Shown piece by piece: positions 1 through 12,669 of a stretch of DNA of 64,000 nucleotides. The DNA comes from Octopus bimaculoides (taxonomy: Eukaryota). Position numbers and translations under genes: made by a program. The notes under the pieces were generated by a model that saw only the letters and a list, made by a program, of their open reading frames with translations, did no database searches and was not told the origin of the DNA. The stretch is from positions 18,688,915 through 18,752,914 of the forward strand of contig NC_068998.1 in assembly GCF_001194135.2 (NCBI RefSeq), given 5' to 3'. Numbering within the stretch: position 1 is the stretch's first letter; the number at the start of each line of letters is the position of its first letter.

Positions 1-256
1 AAGCTGGAAACTCTGAACACTGGTTTTATCTGTTAATATATTTATCAGCTCCTAGTCTAATCATGTTTATGTAATGTTAGCTCTGTATGTTATATGTATT
101 GACTATTGTTCACGTTATCTACTGTTTTTCCCATTCTCGTCAATTGACATTTTTGCCCATCTTCAGTATCTTAGATATATTCTTTATTTGTTGCATTTTA
201 CTGTTTCCTTTCCCACTGCTGTACTTTTCATTTGTTTCATCTCACATTTTTTGCAG

Positions 257-511
257 GCCAAACCTATCGTTATAAGGCTGTGTTTCTCATAAAGGAAGGT
301 AGTAGCATTACAAACCTTGACTCACTGAAGGATAAAAAATCTTGCCATACTGGTGCTGGAAAAACTACTGGCTGGACTGTTCCTGTTTCCAACTTACAAA
401 AGCTGAACAAAATAAAAATAAAAACATGCTATGATACAGTTGCTAATGTTGTTGACTTCTTCGCTGAGTCCTGTGTCCCTGGGGCATTGACACCAAAATT
501 CAATCCTTTCT
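257..511 (+). CDS. Transferrin-like exon (N-lobe: QTYRYKAV...SCHTGAGKTTGW...CVPGALTPKFNPF)
   Basis: ttttttgcag acceptor at 255-256; gtaagt donor at 512; open frame. Confidence 0.92.
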
Positions 512-1351
512 GTAAGTAGTTGGTTTTACCAAAACATATACTTGTTTTTTTTTTTTTCTATGTTCTGAGTAAAAAGGAAAACCAGTTTAATGATACCCAG
601 ATAACACACTCTGTAATATTAGTTTCAAATTTTGGCATATATACATATATATATGTGTATATATAAAATTTATTAATGAGGGTAGAAATTGATATTAATC
701 AATTAAAACCAGTGGTCTAGCATATTAAAAAAATCCGAAGATTAAAATTACATTACATACAAAAATAAGAGGAGTGAGTGGACTCCTATATGCTACAAAT
801 AGATGCCGAATCATCTAACCACGAAAAAAGAATATATGTTCTCAGTAAAAATTTAGTGACACAACAGACTGTAAAAGGGCAAGACAAATGAAAAATACTA
901 AATAAAAAAAACGATTAACCTACGTACCATGGTTTCACCTGTTAAAATATACATAAGTAAATATCTGCAGCATTGTCAGCGTAGTCTGTCGATTTGAAAT
1001 ATAATTTCCAGAACTAGACACAAGNNNNNNNNNNNNNNNNNNNNNNNNNNNNNNNNNNNNNNNNNNNNNNNNNNNNNNNNNNNNNNNNNNNNNNNNNNNN
1101 NNNNNNNNNNNNNNNNNNNNNNNNATATATATATATATATATATACATTTATGTATATGTGTATACATATATATATATGTATGTATCTATGTATATATAT
1201 ATATACATGTGTATATATATGTGTGTGCGTGTGTATATATGTGTGTGTGTGCATATATATATATGTAAGCATATGTGTGTGTATACATATATATGTGTAG
1301 ATATGTGTGTGTGTGTATATATATATATGTATGTGTGTGTGTGCATATATG

Positions 1352-1423
<72 letters not shown>

Positions 1424-4400
1424 CACACACATAGTTTAGATTATCTTTTGATATATCATAACTAAATAGTTCCAAATTCTAGCATTCAGGTTTGTGTTTC
1501 CAATCATGCAGCCTTAATCTAAGTTTGCTTTTCCTTTGAGATATTTACTGTTTGAATATATTTTGAAAACACACACATATACTATAAACATGTCTGTATT
1601 TTTTTTGTTCTCTTAAAGTTACCAACCGCCTTGCTGTTTGCAAACTTTGTCCAGACTGTTCATCGAATAGCACGTATGCTGGATATGAAGGTGCTTTAAA
1701 ATGCCTTCAGCACAATAACGGGGATATTGCATTTGTTAGCCACAAGCAACTGGGAAAATCAGGTTCATTATCTCTGCTCTGTCCTGACGGGCAAGTGAAA
1801 AATCAATCTGACTATGAAAAGTGCAATTGGGCAACTAGACCATCAGATGTCTTTGTTACCTCTCCTGAAATAGAAAATGGTAAATTGACAGACATTACTA
1901 AAGCACTTAAAGAAAATGCAGACAAAATTAAGAAACACCTTCATACTTTCAGTGATAGCAAGAATTTCAAAGAAACAAATGAAGATTATAAAACAATAAT
2001 GGGTAAGTAAGCAGTACTTTGTTATTATACTTGTGTGTGTGTGTGTGTTCAAGTTGACAGTAGCATGGTAGATAAAGCAATCAAGGATATGAAGAGATGG
2101 AAAGCTGCAGGTTTGTCAGGGTTAGTTGCAGAGATGCCACAAATATCTGGTGAGATAGGACACCTGATGTAGAAGTATCATTGTAAACTGCAACAAAGGC
2201 AGAGAAGATATGTTAGAGTTAAACAACTTGTTTAGTGAAGAACACATGAATACATTGGATTGTGTATGTGTTGGCACTCCGTCGCTTACAACGTCGAGGG
2301 TTCCAGTTGATCCGATCAATGGAACAGCCTGCTCGTGAAATTAACGTGCAAGTGGCTGAGCACTCCACAGACACGTGTACCCTTAACGTAGTTCTCGGGG
2401 ATATTCAGTGTAACACAGTGTGACAAGGCTGACCCTTTGAATTACAGGCACAACAGAAACAGGAAGTAAGAGTGAGATAAAAGTTGTGGTGAAAGAATAC
2501 AGCAGGGTTCGCCACCATCCCCTGCTGGAGCCTCGTGGAGCTTTAGGTGTTTTCGCTCAATAAACACTCACAATGCCCGGTCTGGGAATCGAAACCGTGA
2601 GTCCGCTGCCCTAACCACTGGGCCATTGCGCCTCCAGAGAGTTAAACGACTATAGAGGAGTCAAACTACTAGATCAAATTATGAAAATCACTTAGATTAT
2701 CATAACACAATTGATCTGTGACAGAGTAGACCTAGATGAGATGAAGTTTGGCTTTGTTCTGGGACAAGGCACCAGAGATGCAGTTTTTTCCTTGGGAGGC
2801 AACTGCAGGATAAATATTGGGTTAAAAATAAACCACTATCCCAGACTGCCACTGATCTGGAGAGTGTTTAATAGACTACCATACTTAATAATTTGATGGT
2901 TATTGAGGAAACTAAGTGTAGCTGAATGGCTTGTCAAATGTCTTGTACTATAGCCCTTGACCAGCCAAAGCCTCATAAATGGATTTAGGAAATAGAAACC
3001 TGAAAGAAACCTATTATATGTTGTGTGTGTGGATTTGTTTTTGTATCTCCTTATCTTGACATCACATACTGTTTCAAAATGAGTGTCACCATAATACAAA
3101 TAGTGTCCCTCATTTCCAATCTTCCATGAAAACATTTACAGCCATGGGAAAATGTTAACTTTCTTGTAAGGGTTGGTGACGGGAAGAGCATTCAGACATA
3201 GAAAATATATCTCAACAAATTGTATCTGACCCATCCAAGCATGGAAAAATGAATTTTATGGAGATGCTGGTGATGGTGGTGCTCCTGTTGCTGATATGTA
3301 TGTGTGTGTGTGTGTGTTAAAAGCACCCAGCACACTGTAAAATGGTTAGCATTAGGAAGAGCATCCAGCTGTAGAAACCATGCCAAATCAGATTGGGACC
3401 TGATGCAGCTTCCAAGCTTGCCAGCTCTGGTCAAACCATTCAACCTATGCTAGCATGGAAAATGAACATTAAAGGGGGATGATTATGATGATGATGATGA
3501 TATATAGAGAGATATGTTTTATTTTTTTTATTTTTTAAGGTGATGGATTTTTCAATACATTTGAGTATTATCACACTTGTAAAGATGATCTAAGATGGTG
3601 CACTGTGAGTGATGCAGAAATGAAGAAATGTTCAGATTTGAAATTGGCTTTTGCTGCAAAACGTGCAACCAATAAACTGAAATGTGTGAAGGGTGCAGAT
3701 GCTCATGACTGTGTTAGAAAAGTAACAGACAAGCATGCTGATTTTGTTGTTTTAGATGGTGGGATTATTGTAGATGCACTTAAAGATGACATGTAAGTCT
3801 TTACTTCTTTTCATTTACATAGATTTTTTTTATTTTGTTCATAGTTTATTCACTACAAATGTGTTCATTGTCTATAATAAATTTCAAAACTAAAATCAAT
3901 GACTTTTCAATACTTTTTCAATCCTTAAGCTAGTTAATGGGAGGCATTGACTCACCCAGCTGCTCTTGCCCGCTCAAGTAATCATGTATCGGTCATATTC
4001 TACACTGTCAACGTATGAATTATTGATTATTTTTCTCCTTATTAATAATTATTGATTATGTTTCTTTTAGAATCTTGCTGGTGTTGTGTAAAAGCACCCA
4101 GTACACCTTGTAAAGTGGTTTTGCATTAGGAAGGGCATCAAGCCATAGAAACCATGCCAAAACAGACATGGAGCCTGGGCAGCTCTTCAGCTGGCCAACT
4201 TCTGTCAAACCATCCAACCCATGCCAGCATTGAAAAAGGATGTTAAATGATGATGATGATGATGATCCTTCAGGAGCAATGAAATAGCATAGGTTGCAGA
4301 TCACTGGAATAAATTGTTTTACTCATGTACATTCTGAGTTGAAATTTTGCTGAAATTTGTTTTTTTGCTGGTTATTTGAGATTGTAACCTAGAAAAACAT

Positions 4401-7400
4401 GTAAAAGTCAGTGGCCACAAAAACGGCCTTGGCAAGATCATGCTGGCATGTCAAAAAAATATGTAACTAAGATGTAGGGAAAAGTAGATTAATTAAGTTA
4501 AAACTATGGAACATCGATAGCAAAGCATGATAACAACATATAAATGCAGAGACATCAGAGACATCAAACATTTATAACATATAGCAAAAGCAACTTCAGA
4601 GGCATACGTGTTATTGTCAAAAGAACAAAAATAGCATACAGATATAGCAAATGTAAGCACTTGTACAAAAAAATCAGCGATTACTTGTTGGTAGACAGGG
4701 CACCTACAAAACTTCCTTATAGACTATATTTTGGGTTTTCTTGCAAGTTGCAAAAGAAAATAGATTATGTCAGCTCCCCACTCGAGAGCAGTCAACATAC
4801 AGCTGACCATGGGAGAAGCAGGGTTCTTCTATATTAAGTCCTACAACCATCAGCGTCTGACCTTGTGATTTGTTAATCGACATGGCAAAACTGAGCCAGA
4901 GAGAGAATTGCAGCCTTCTGAATGTGAAAGGAATGTCTTTACCAGATGGAATGAGAGGTATCCTTGGTATGAAGACAGTATCCCCCTTACCACATTTTGT
5001 AAGTATTGTTGCCAAAATAACATGAGGCATTGCCTTTTGGACAACCAGATGCATGCCGTTGCAAAGCCTGGGGGGTTCCAAATTCCTGAGGAGCATGACA
5101 GGGGCACCTTTCATAAGTTGCATTAAGTTTTGTTGCATTGAAGATATCCACTTCAACATTCATCAAAATCGGTTTATTCGTCCTCCCCCACCAAGGGGTC
5201 CCCTGCCTGAATTTCTGTGAAAGTGCATGCCTGCAACTATATTTGTAGGCCATAAGCAAGCAAAAGATTAATTTTGGGGAAGATGGGAGGCAGAATGCTG
5301 GAATTATGGGGCCAAGAGAGAAGCGTAAGAGGGTTATCTTCCCTGGGGTGAGGTGGGGGGACACAATCGATGTACGGAAAAATAAAATAGCCTATGATGC
5401 ATAATAGGACTTCAGAAACCTATGTATGAAATTTGGTGCAAATCAGTTGTAAAATGTAGAAATGCATGCAGCTGCACATACAAACAGACATCTGTATTAT
5501 ATATATAAATGTCCTTTCTCTCACTAACACATCTGTTTTTAAAAGTAATGAATTTTTTTAATCGAAGTCATCTTCAAAAAGCACACAAATACAGGGTGGC
5601 TTGTTGAGAGAGAAAGCCAATGAATACCAGGGTTTTTTTTTTTTCACTCAACACTTTTATGCAAAGATATGGAATATAAACACAAACACACAAGCACAAT
5701 CCTATGCTGCATTTCCATTGCTAGTTATGCTTTAACACTTTAGCATTTAAACTGGTCGTATCCAGCCCAAATATTCTACCTATTTTATGTTTAAATGAGC
5801 CTTATCTTACCTCTCGCACTTATTATATACAATCATTCTAATAATAAACTATCACATCGTTGAAATTTTGAAGCTGTGAGATAATCCATGGTTAATTCAA
5901 AACAATGTCAATAAATAAACATTACATTTCACTGAATAATCTTTAGCAGAAATAAATGTTGGTTTCAAATTTTGGCACAAGGTCAACAATTTCAGGGGAG
6001 GAGTAAGTCAATTACATCAACCCCTGTGTTCAACTGGTCCTTTTTACCAACCCCAAAAGGATGAAAGGCAAAGTTGACCTCAGCAGAATTTGGACTCGGA
6101 ATGTATAGACTAATGAAATGGCTTTTTGCCTGGCATGCTAACGATTCTACCGGCTTGCTGCCTCTAAGCAGAAGTAGATATTAGGCAGAGTTTTTACAAC
6201 CAGATGTCATTAGCCCTTGTTTTATAAGTATGGAGCTTTTATTCTAGAAGTATTTCAAGAACACAGAGGCAGCAAACAATTTTGTAGGCAGGAATTGTCA
6301 ATAGATTTAACCAGTTGCAATGCAATCACAAATGCTGATGCCATCCTCTTTACTTGCTGTTCAGCATAATTTTGTAAACATTTGCACACACATGACAGGC
6401 TTCTTTCAGCTTTCATCTACCAAATTCTCTGCCTCAAGGCATTAGTTGACCTGGAACAATAGAAGTCACTTGCCCAAGGTGTTGCCATGCAATGGGGCTG
6501 ATTTCAAAACCATGTGGGCGACAACTAAACTTCCTAAACTTCTCAACCTTACCAACCGTACCTGCACCTACTTTATATGTAGATAACCAGAAACAGAATA
6601 CATTTTATCATATTTATTAACTGAAAATGATTCTAAAGAAATATTCTAATACTCCTGCCATTTGTTCTCATAACAACTTTCAGCTAAAAAACACCTGTGC
6701 TAAATGCAGATGGCAGGTACAAACAATTTATTATTGTTATTATTATTATTGTTATATTTCTATTTCTTCTTTAGATGTGACGTTAAACCTGTAATATCTG
6801 AAACTCATATAACAGACGAGGGTGCTGAGGAAGCCTCCTACTATGCTGTGGCTGTAGTAAAGAAAGGCTCCACGTTGGCGTTTCCTAAGTTGAAAGGTTT
6901 GTCATACCATTTATATTTGAAATGGACCTCTTGCTTTTCTATTTATTTCTGGTTTATTCGCATGCATTGCTGTGTGGTTAAGTTCACTTTGCCACCACAT
7001 TTTCCCAGGTTTGTCAGCACTGCACAATGTCTTGGGCATCTTCTACTATGTGTTCAAACTGAGCTGTGCCTTGTGAGTGGAAACTGGTAGATGTAAACTA
7101 GATAAAAGCCTGTTGTATATATGTATGAATGTCTTGAGTATGACATTAAACTGCATCTGGTGGCAAGGCTCAAGTCTGGGACTTCTGGAATTGTGGGGGT
7201 GTATGTGGTCAGCCCTTAATTATCATTACTCTCAGGTCTATTCTGACCTGTCAGGGTCCCATCTATGAGTTAAATAGATTTTTGTAAGGGTAGATCAAGC
7301 TCCTTAGCCTTGGTGAAAGCAATCAATCCTGGAGAAGGAAAACTCCTAAATTAATACCCTAAGCCAGCACAGAAGAGTATAGTTGATGAAATTAGCGTGC

Positions 7401-9903
7401 GATATGTCCAATAACAGATTCATACTGTAGAGGCAACTATCTCATGGTGATGACCTGTAGAGACAGGTCATCAACATTATGTAAGTGTATTTCATTATGC
7501 AGCCATAATATACTACAAATTATATTAAGCATATTTGTAAGTCAATACTGTGTTCTACTGTCTTAATCTGACAATTCTGCCTATTATGTAGTTAGAATGA
7601 GAAACTGTAACTAAAGATTAAGATTATTAACCCCAAACTTGGACGGTGTTAAGTAGTGGAGATGTTTGGTGATTATTGTATGTGGTGGTTACTTTTGACT
7701 GTTTCTTCCCAATAAGGATAATTGATTGATAATGAATCTTAACACAATATATATTCAACTTCAAGTGGAATCAGACATCATAAGAGAGATGGAGAGAGGA
7801 AAAGAAGGATGTGTTTTTTTACTCTGTTTTCTGTCTTTTCTCTTTTCAAAAAAGATGTTTTTCCCAGCGTTCACTATATTCCTCACATTCTGGTCTAACG
7901 ACCCTCCATGTTTGTTTTTGCTTGGTTTCTTTGTATGTCTCTACTGTCATGTTTTTGTTTCCGACTTTGACCCTCCATAAATCCTATGGAGGCTCATATT
8001 GTTGTTGAATACTTGAAATGAAGAGTAGATAGACAGCCAACAACTGATGAAGGGTCTTTTCTTTGTGTTTACTTGTCCTGTTTTTCCTTTTTTTTTTTCT
8101 CGTTTACGTATTTAACTCATTTACTTGTGTATTTCATGTTATTTTGCGCCATTGGTGATGTCCAATACCAAAATATGCATATGTATATTTATATATATAT
8201 ATATATATATATACAATTTATTACTTATTTAATTGTATGTAACGCATCCATTTCCAAGTAAGTTTATCTTCACCTTATTGATGCAAGCATGGAATGGTGG
8301 ATATTAAATGAATGATAATGATAATATGAGCAATATCAGATACTCCATTGTCTTTCCTTCTTTAAGCTGGTAAGAGAATGGTTCCTAATCTAAGGTCCAA
8401 GCACCCTTGGAAATTCATGAGTTATGTTCAAAATCTGAAATGAATACAGTATAAAATATCTAATTATTAAGTTATGGAATTGGAATAGTATATTTGTTGT
8501 TAGTTTATAAAATCGTGTCATTTCAAAAACCCAAGTGTCCTATGGGTAAAATTGTTTAATTGAAAGAGTTTTTTGGTTGGAAAAAGGTTAGTAACTACTC
8601 TAGTAAGATGTCATTTGGGGGAGAATTGGTTGCTATTGCAAGTATGTTGAATAATTCCATAGAAGATCCTTATTTGGATGTACTTCCTCAAACAGTAATA
8701 CTACTGTGTAATTGATGAATGTTTTGCTGTACTTGAATTGAGTTGAAATCCTATCATTGATACAGCTTTGAGAGCAATGAGCTAGCTTGTCTTAGATACA
8801 CCACTACAAAAAGAAAGTATAAACCTTAATGATGTGCCTATGTGAACCAGTGCATTGTGGGAGTCAGAATTCAGGCTGTTCAAATGTTTACTTACATGTG
8901 AATTGATAGATCTGTTTGTTCTTATTGGTTGTCTTGAAAACATTTGAATTTAAAAAAACAAATTTATTTTTGTTACATTTGGTCATTTTAATTATTCATT
9001 ACTGTTAGAAATAGTATTCATTTTCAGTAAATCAATTCAGTGTGTGTTAGCATATTCGTTATTTTGACCAATGTTATTTTAAATTTTTTTAGTTTTATTT
9101 TAAAATAAATTTTCCCTCCCACCTCTTTCTCTCATTTAGATGCCAAATCATGTCACACTGGATATGGTAAAACATCAGGATGGAAGGTGCCAGTTGGTTT
9201 GTTAATTGAAAAGGGTGAGATTAAAAATGATAGTATTGCTCACAATGTTGGAAAATATTTCTCTCAAAGTTGCGTTCCTGGAGCTTTAGACAAGAAAAAT
9301 AATCCAAATGATGATAACCCTGCATCTTTGTGTGCACTTTGCCCAAATAATGGTAAGGAATGTTCTGCAAGCAAGGACAACAAATACTATGGCTATACAG
9401 GTGCTTTCCGATGTCTAGTTGAGAATAATGGTGAGGTGGCATTCGTGAAACACACAACAGTTTTGGAAAGCACTGATGGTAATGGAAAAGAAGGATGGGA
9501 AAAGAATCTAAAATCAGAAAATTACGAACTTTTATGTAACGATGGCTCACATGAATCAGTTCAAAACTGGCTCAAATGTCATCTTGCCAAAGTTCCTGCA
9601 CATGCAATGGTTTTCAATGACGACGAAGTGGCAAAGCGTATGTACAGTGTATTCAGTTACATGGATTTGACATCCAGTGAAACCAAGGATCTTCTATTCA
9701 CATCCAGTGGTGGTAAAAATCTTCTTTTCAAGGATAGTGCAATTGGGCTTTCATATATTGCTGAGCCAAAGAAATTCATACCTCATACATACAAAAACAT
9801 TCTTAAAACCTTCAGTAAGCCTGAAAAAATATGTTCTGCTGCTTCTTCTACTCTCTATAATGCATGCATTTTGTTACTCCTCACCTTCATAGCTTTCTTC
9901 TAA
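257..9903 (+). CDS. Transferrin-family protein, melanotransferrin-like with C-terminal GPI-type signal; 5'-partial, join(257..511,1619..2002,3540..3792,6775..6896,9140..9903)
   Basis: Transferrin motifs in two lobes: RYKAV / SCHTGAGKTTGW / ESCVPGA / YAGYEGALKCL / GDIAFV, then LRWCTVSDAEMKKC / ADFVVLDGG / SYYAVAVVKK / SCHTGYGKTSGW / YYGYTGAFRCL / GEVAFVKH / CHLAKVPAH. All introns are GT-AG and phases match (1,1,2,1). Exact orthology (MELTF versus another transferrin clade) is not resolved. Confidence 0.93.
920..984 (-). ncRNA. Degenerate hammerhead motif
   Basis: Minus strand CTACG-CTGACAA-...-GAAA-CCATGG-TA-CGTAG; perfect 5-bp stem I and palindromic ACCATGGT, but G8>A and a weak stem II. Confidence 0.45.
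1126..1431. repeat. Compound (TA)/(TG)/(CA) microsatellite
   Basis: Seen directly; source of the spurious Y/I/C/V/H/T ORFs. Confidence 0.95.
1619..2002 (+). CDS. Transferrin-like exon (N-lobe: CKLCPDC...YAGYEGALKCL...CNWATRPSD)
   Basis: ttctcttaaag acceptor; gtaagt donor at 2003; phase 1/1. Confidence 0.92.
2050..2960 (+). mobile_element. RTE-clade LINE reverse-transcriptase relic interrupted by a SINE
   Basis: Degenerate VDKAIKDMK..KAAG.SG.VAEM and DLDEMKFGFV.GQGTRDAVF segments on either side of the SINE. Confidence 0.7.
2269..2636 (-). mobile_element. tRNA-derived SINE, family A
   Basis: tRNA-like head with A box TGGCCCAGTGG and B box GTTTCGATTCC; related copies at 10783, 12772, 34995 and 42784. 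Confidence 0.85.
3540..3792 (+). CDS. Transferrin-like exon (linker and C-lobe start: LRWCTVSDAE...ADFVVLDGG)
   Basis: T-rich ttaag acceptor; gtaagt donor at 3793; phase 1/2. Confidence 0.92.
4704..5509 (-). mobile_element. Helitron relic with PIF1-type helicase C-terminus
   Basis: GAPVMLLRNLEPPRLCNG...RRLQF...FAMSINKSQGQTL...FSHGQLYV..SRVG*...KTQNIVYKEVL*; in-frame stop at 4770-4772; TA-rich Helitron-like 5' end near 5509. Confidence 0.88.
6775..6896 (+). CDS. Transferrin-like exon (C-lobe: CDVKPVISE...SYYAVAVVKKG)
   Basis: ttcttctttag acceptor; gtttgt donor at 6897; phase 2/1. Confidence 0.9.
9140..9903 (+). CDS. Transferrin-like terminal exon (C-lobe and hydrophobic tail)
   Basis: ctctcatttag acceptor; open frame to TAA at 9901-9903; candidate AATAAA at 10189-10194. 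Confidence 0.93.
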
Positions 9904-9955
9904 AACAAATTTTCTAATCCTTTCTCCCCACTGTCAGTGTGTATGCACGTGTGTG

Positions 9956-10016
<61 letters not shown>

Positions 10017-10782
10017 TCTTTTGCTAATAATTTCATCTCAGATATTAGTTTGTTTTTGTTCTTCTCAATCTTTTCTCTCTTCTGCTGTACCATTCTCTGC
10101 CAAGCTTGTTCTACCACTATTTTAAACATTCAAATTATTTTTCTACATTTGTAATATTTCATAATGTTTATAAAATTACAAAATTTGTAATAAAAAAAAA
10201 ACATTTCTACAAAACCTATTGTAGTCCTTGTATATATCTTTTACTTTTTACTCAATTGTTACGCAGCAGCCATGCTGGGACACCACCTTGAAATTTTCTT
10301 TTTTTTAAGCCTGGTATTTATTTTGTCGGGTCTCTTTTATTGAACCACAAAGTTACAGCGATGTAAACAAACCAACACCAGTTATCAAGCAGTGATGGGG
10401 AACAAACACATACAAAGACACGCATACACATGGTAAGCTAAGGGAACTGAATAGTAAATATGTGTGATACAGTGGATCTTCGTACTAAAAACTGCAGTTC
10501 TTCTGTCTTATAGATTTAGCTTACTCATCTGCTGAGTGTGTGTTAGTAGTGTTCTACTACAAGCAGCTGCCCTGTTGTGAGTTTCAGTTCTAAGAAATTA
10601 CACAACTTCTGTGTTTGTTACTATTAGCAATTATACAGCTACTGTGTTTTTTTAAGTTCTGTGCATTAGTGAAGTTGTTGTGTGTGTTAGTGTTAGCAAA
10701 TATACAGATGCTCTGTGTTTGTATTAAGCAACCATGTAGATGCTATGTGTTAGTTTTAAGTAACTTGTATATATTAATACAG

Positions 10783-11058
10783 GTGGAGACGCAATGGGCC
10801 AGTGGTTAGGGCAGCGGACTCGCGGTCATAGGATTGTGGTTTCGATTCCCAGACCGGGCGTTGTGAGTGTTTATTGAGTGAAAACACCTAAAGCTCCACG
10901 AGGCTCCGGCAGGGGATGGTGGCGAACCCTGCTGTACTCTTTCACCACAACTTTCTCTCACTCTTACTTCCTGTTTCTGTTGTGCTTGTAATTCAAAGGT
11001 TAAGCCTTGTCACACTGTGTCACGCTGAATATCGCCGAGAACTACGTTAAGGGTACAC
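10783..11058 (+). mobile_element. tRNA-derived SINE, family A (runs into a gap)
   Basis: Same head and body as 42784-43163. Confidence 0.85.
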
Positions 11059-12634
11059 NNNNNNNNNNNNNNNNNNNNNNNNNNNNNNNNNNNNNNNNNN
11101 NNNNNNNNNNNNNNNNNNNNNNNNNNNNNNNNNNNNNNNNNNNNNNNNNNNNNNNNNNNNNNNNNNNNNNNNNNNNNNNNNNNNNNNNNNNNNNNNNNNN
11201 NNNNNNNNNNNNNNNNNNNNNNNNNNNNNNNNNNNNNNNNNNNNNNNNNNNNNNNNNNNNNNNNNNNNNNNNNNNNNNNNNNNNNNNNNNNNNNNNNNNN
11301 NNNNNNNNNNNNNNNNNNNNNNNNNNNNNNNNNNNNNNNNNNNNNNNNNNNNNNNNNNNNNNNNNNNNNNNNNNNNNNNNNNNNNNNNNNNNNNNNNNNN
11401 NNNNNNNNNNNNNNNNNNNNNNNNNNNNNNNNNNNNNNNNNNNNNNNNNNNNNNNNNNNNNNNNNNNNNNNNNNNNNNNNNNNNNNNNNNNNNNNNNNNN
11501 NNNNNNNNNNNNNNNNNNNNNNNNNNNNNNNNNNNNNNNNNNNNNNNNNNNNNNNNNNNNNNNNNNNNNNNNNNNNNNNNNNNNNNNNNNNNNNNNNNNN
11601 NNNNNNNNNNNNNNNNNNNNNNNNNNNNNNNNNNNNNNNNNNNNNNNNNNNNNNNNNNNNNNNNNNNNNNNNNNNNNNNNNNNNNNNNNNNNNNNNNNNN
11701 NNNNNNNNNNNNNNNNNNNNNNNNNNNNNNNNNNNNNNNNNNNNNNNNNNNNNNNNNNNNNNNNNNNNNNNNNNNNNNNNNNNNNNNNNNNNNNNNNNNN
11801 NNNNNNNNNNNNNNNNNNNNNNNNNNNNNNNNNNNNNNNNNNNNNNNNNNNNNNNNNNNNNNNNNNNNNNNNNNNNNNNNNNNNNNNNNNNNNNNNNNNN
11901 NNNNNNNNNNNNNNNNNNNNNNNNNNNNNNNNNNNNNNNNNNNNNNNNNNNNNNNNNNNNNNNNNNNNNNNNNNNNNNNNNNNNNNNNNNNNNNNNNNNN
12001 NNNNTTCTACAGCTGGATGCCCTTCCTAACGCCAACCACTCCGAGAGTGTAGTGGGTGCTTTTATGTGCCACCGGCACGAAGGCAAGTCAGGCGGTACTG
12101 GCAATGGCCACGCTCAAAATGGTGTCTTTTACGTGCCACCTGCACGGGAGCCAGTCCAGCGGCACTGGCAAACATTCTCGCTCGAATGTCCTTACACATG
12201 CCACCAGCACAAGTGCCAGGGCACCGGTGCCAATGAATTCATAAATTGTCTCCAGTGGAATTTTTACTCAGGTTGTACAAATGTTGAACAAAATGTTGTT
12301 CATAGGGCCCAGGTTAAACTGAATGAGATGCTGTTGATTCCTTTCCTTTTGCTGGCAAATTGTAAAGTCATTCTATTTATTGACTGTGACAAGAGGAATC
12401 CTAATGTTTTGTGCAATCTTACACTAGCAAATTTCACCCTCACACCAACCAACAATATGCCCACTTTGAAAATCATATGACTCGTTTGCTTTTGGTATTC
12501 ACAGCATGGATAGTTACTATAAACAACTAATGAAATGAAAAATAATACATTAACAAGTCTGAAGCACTAGGCAGTGCCTGTACTGAGCAAATGGTATGAG
12601 TGAGGTCTTTTTACTTTTTAGATGTGTGTGTGTA

Positions 12635-12669
<35 letters not shown>

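Noticed and set aside
935-1475. Several 77-150 aa ORFs rich in Y/I/C/V/H/T
   Set aside because: Translations of dinucleotide microsatellites and N runs.
2580-2636. tRNA-like sequences with A/B boxes (also at 10783, 12772, 35300 and 42784)
   Set aside because: These are SINE heads continuous with SINE bodies, not tRNA genes.
7960-8055. 8-bp hairpin CCTCCATA/TATGGAGG and a nearby CTGATGA, resembling a hammerhead
   Set aside because: No GAAA in a position that completes any hammerhead topology; at best a dead repeat fragment.
11007-12104. 340-364 aa ORFs (likewise 28964-29476 and 32724-33497)
   Set aside because: Artefacts of reading through N gaps.
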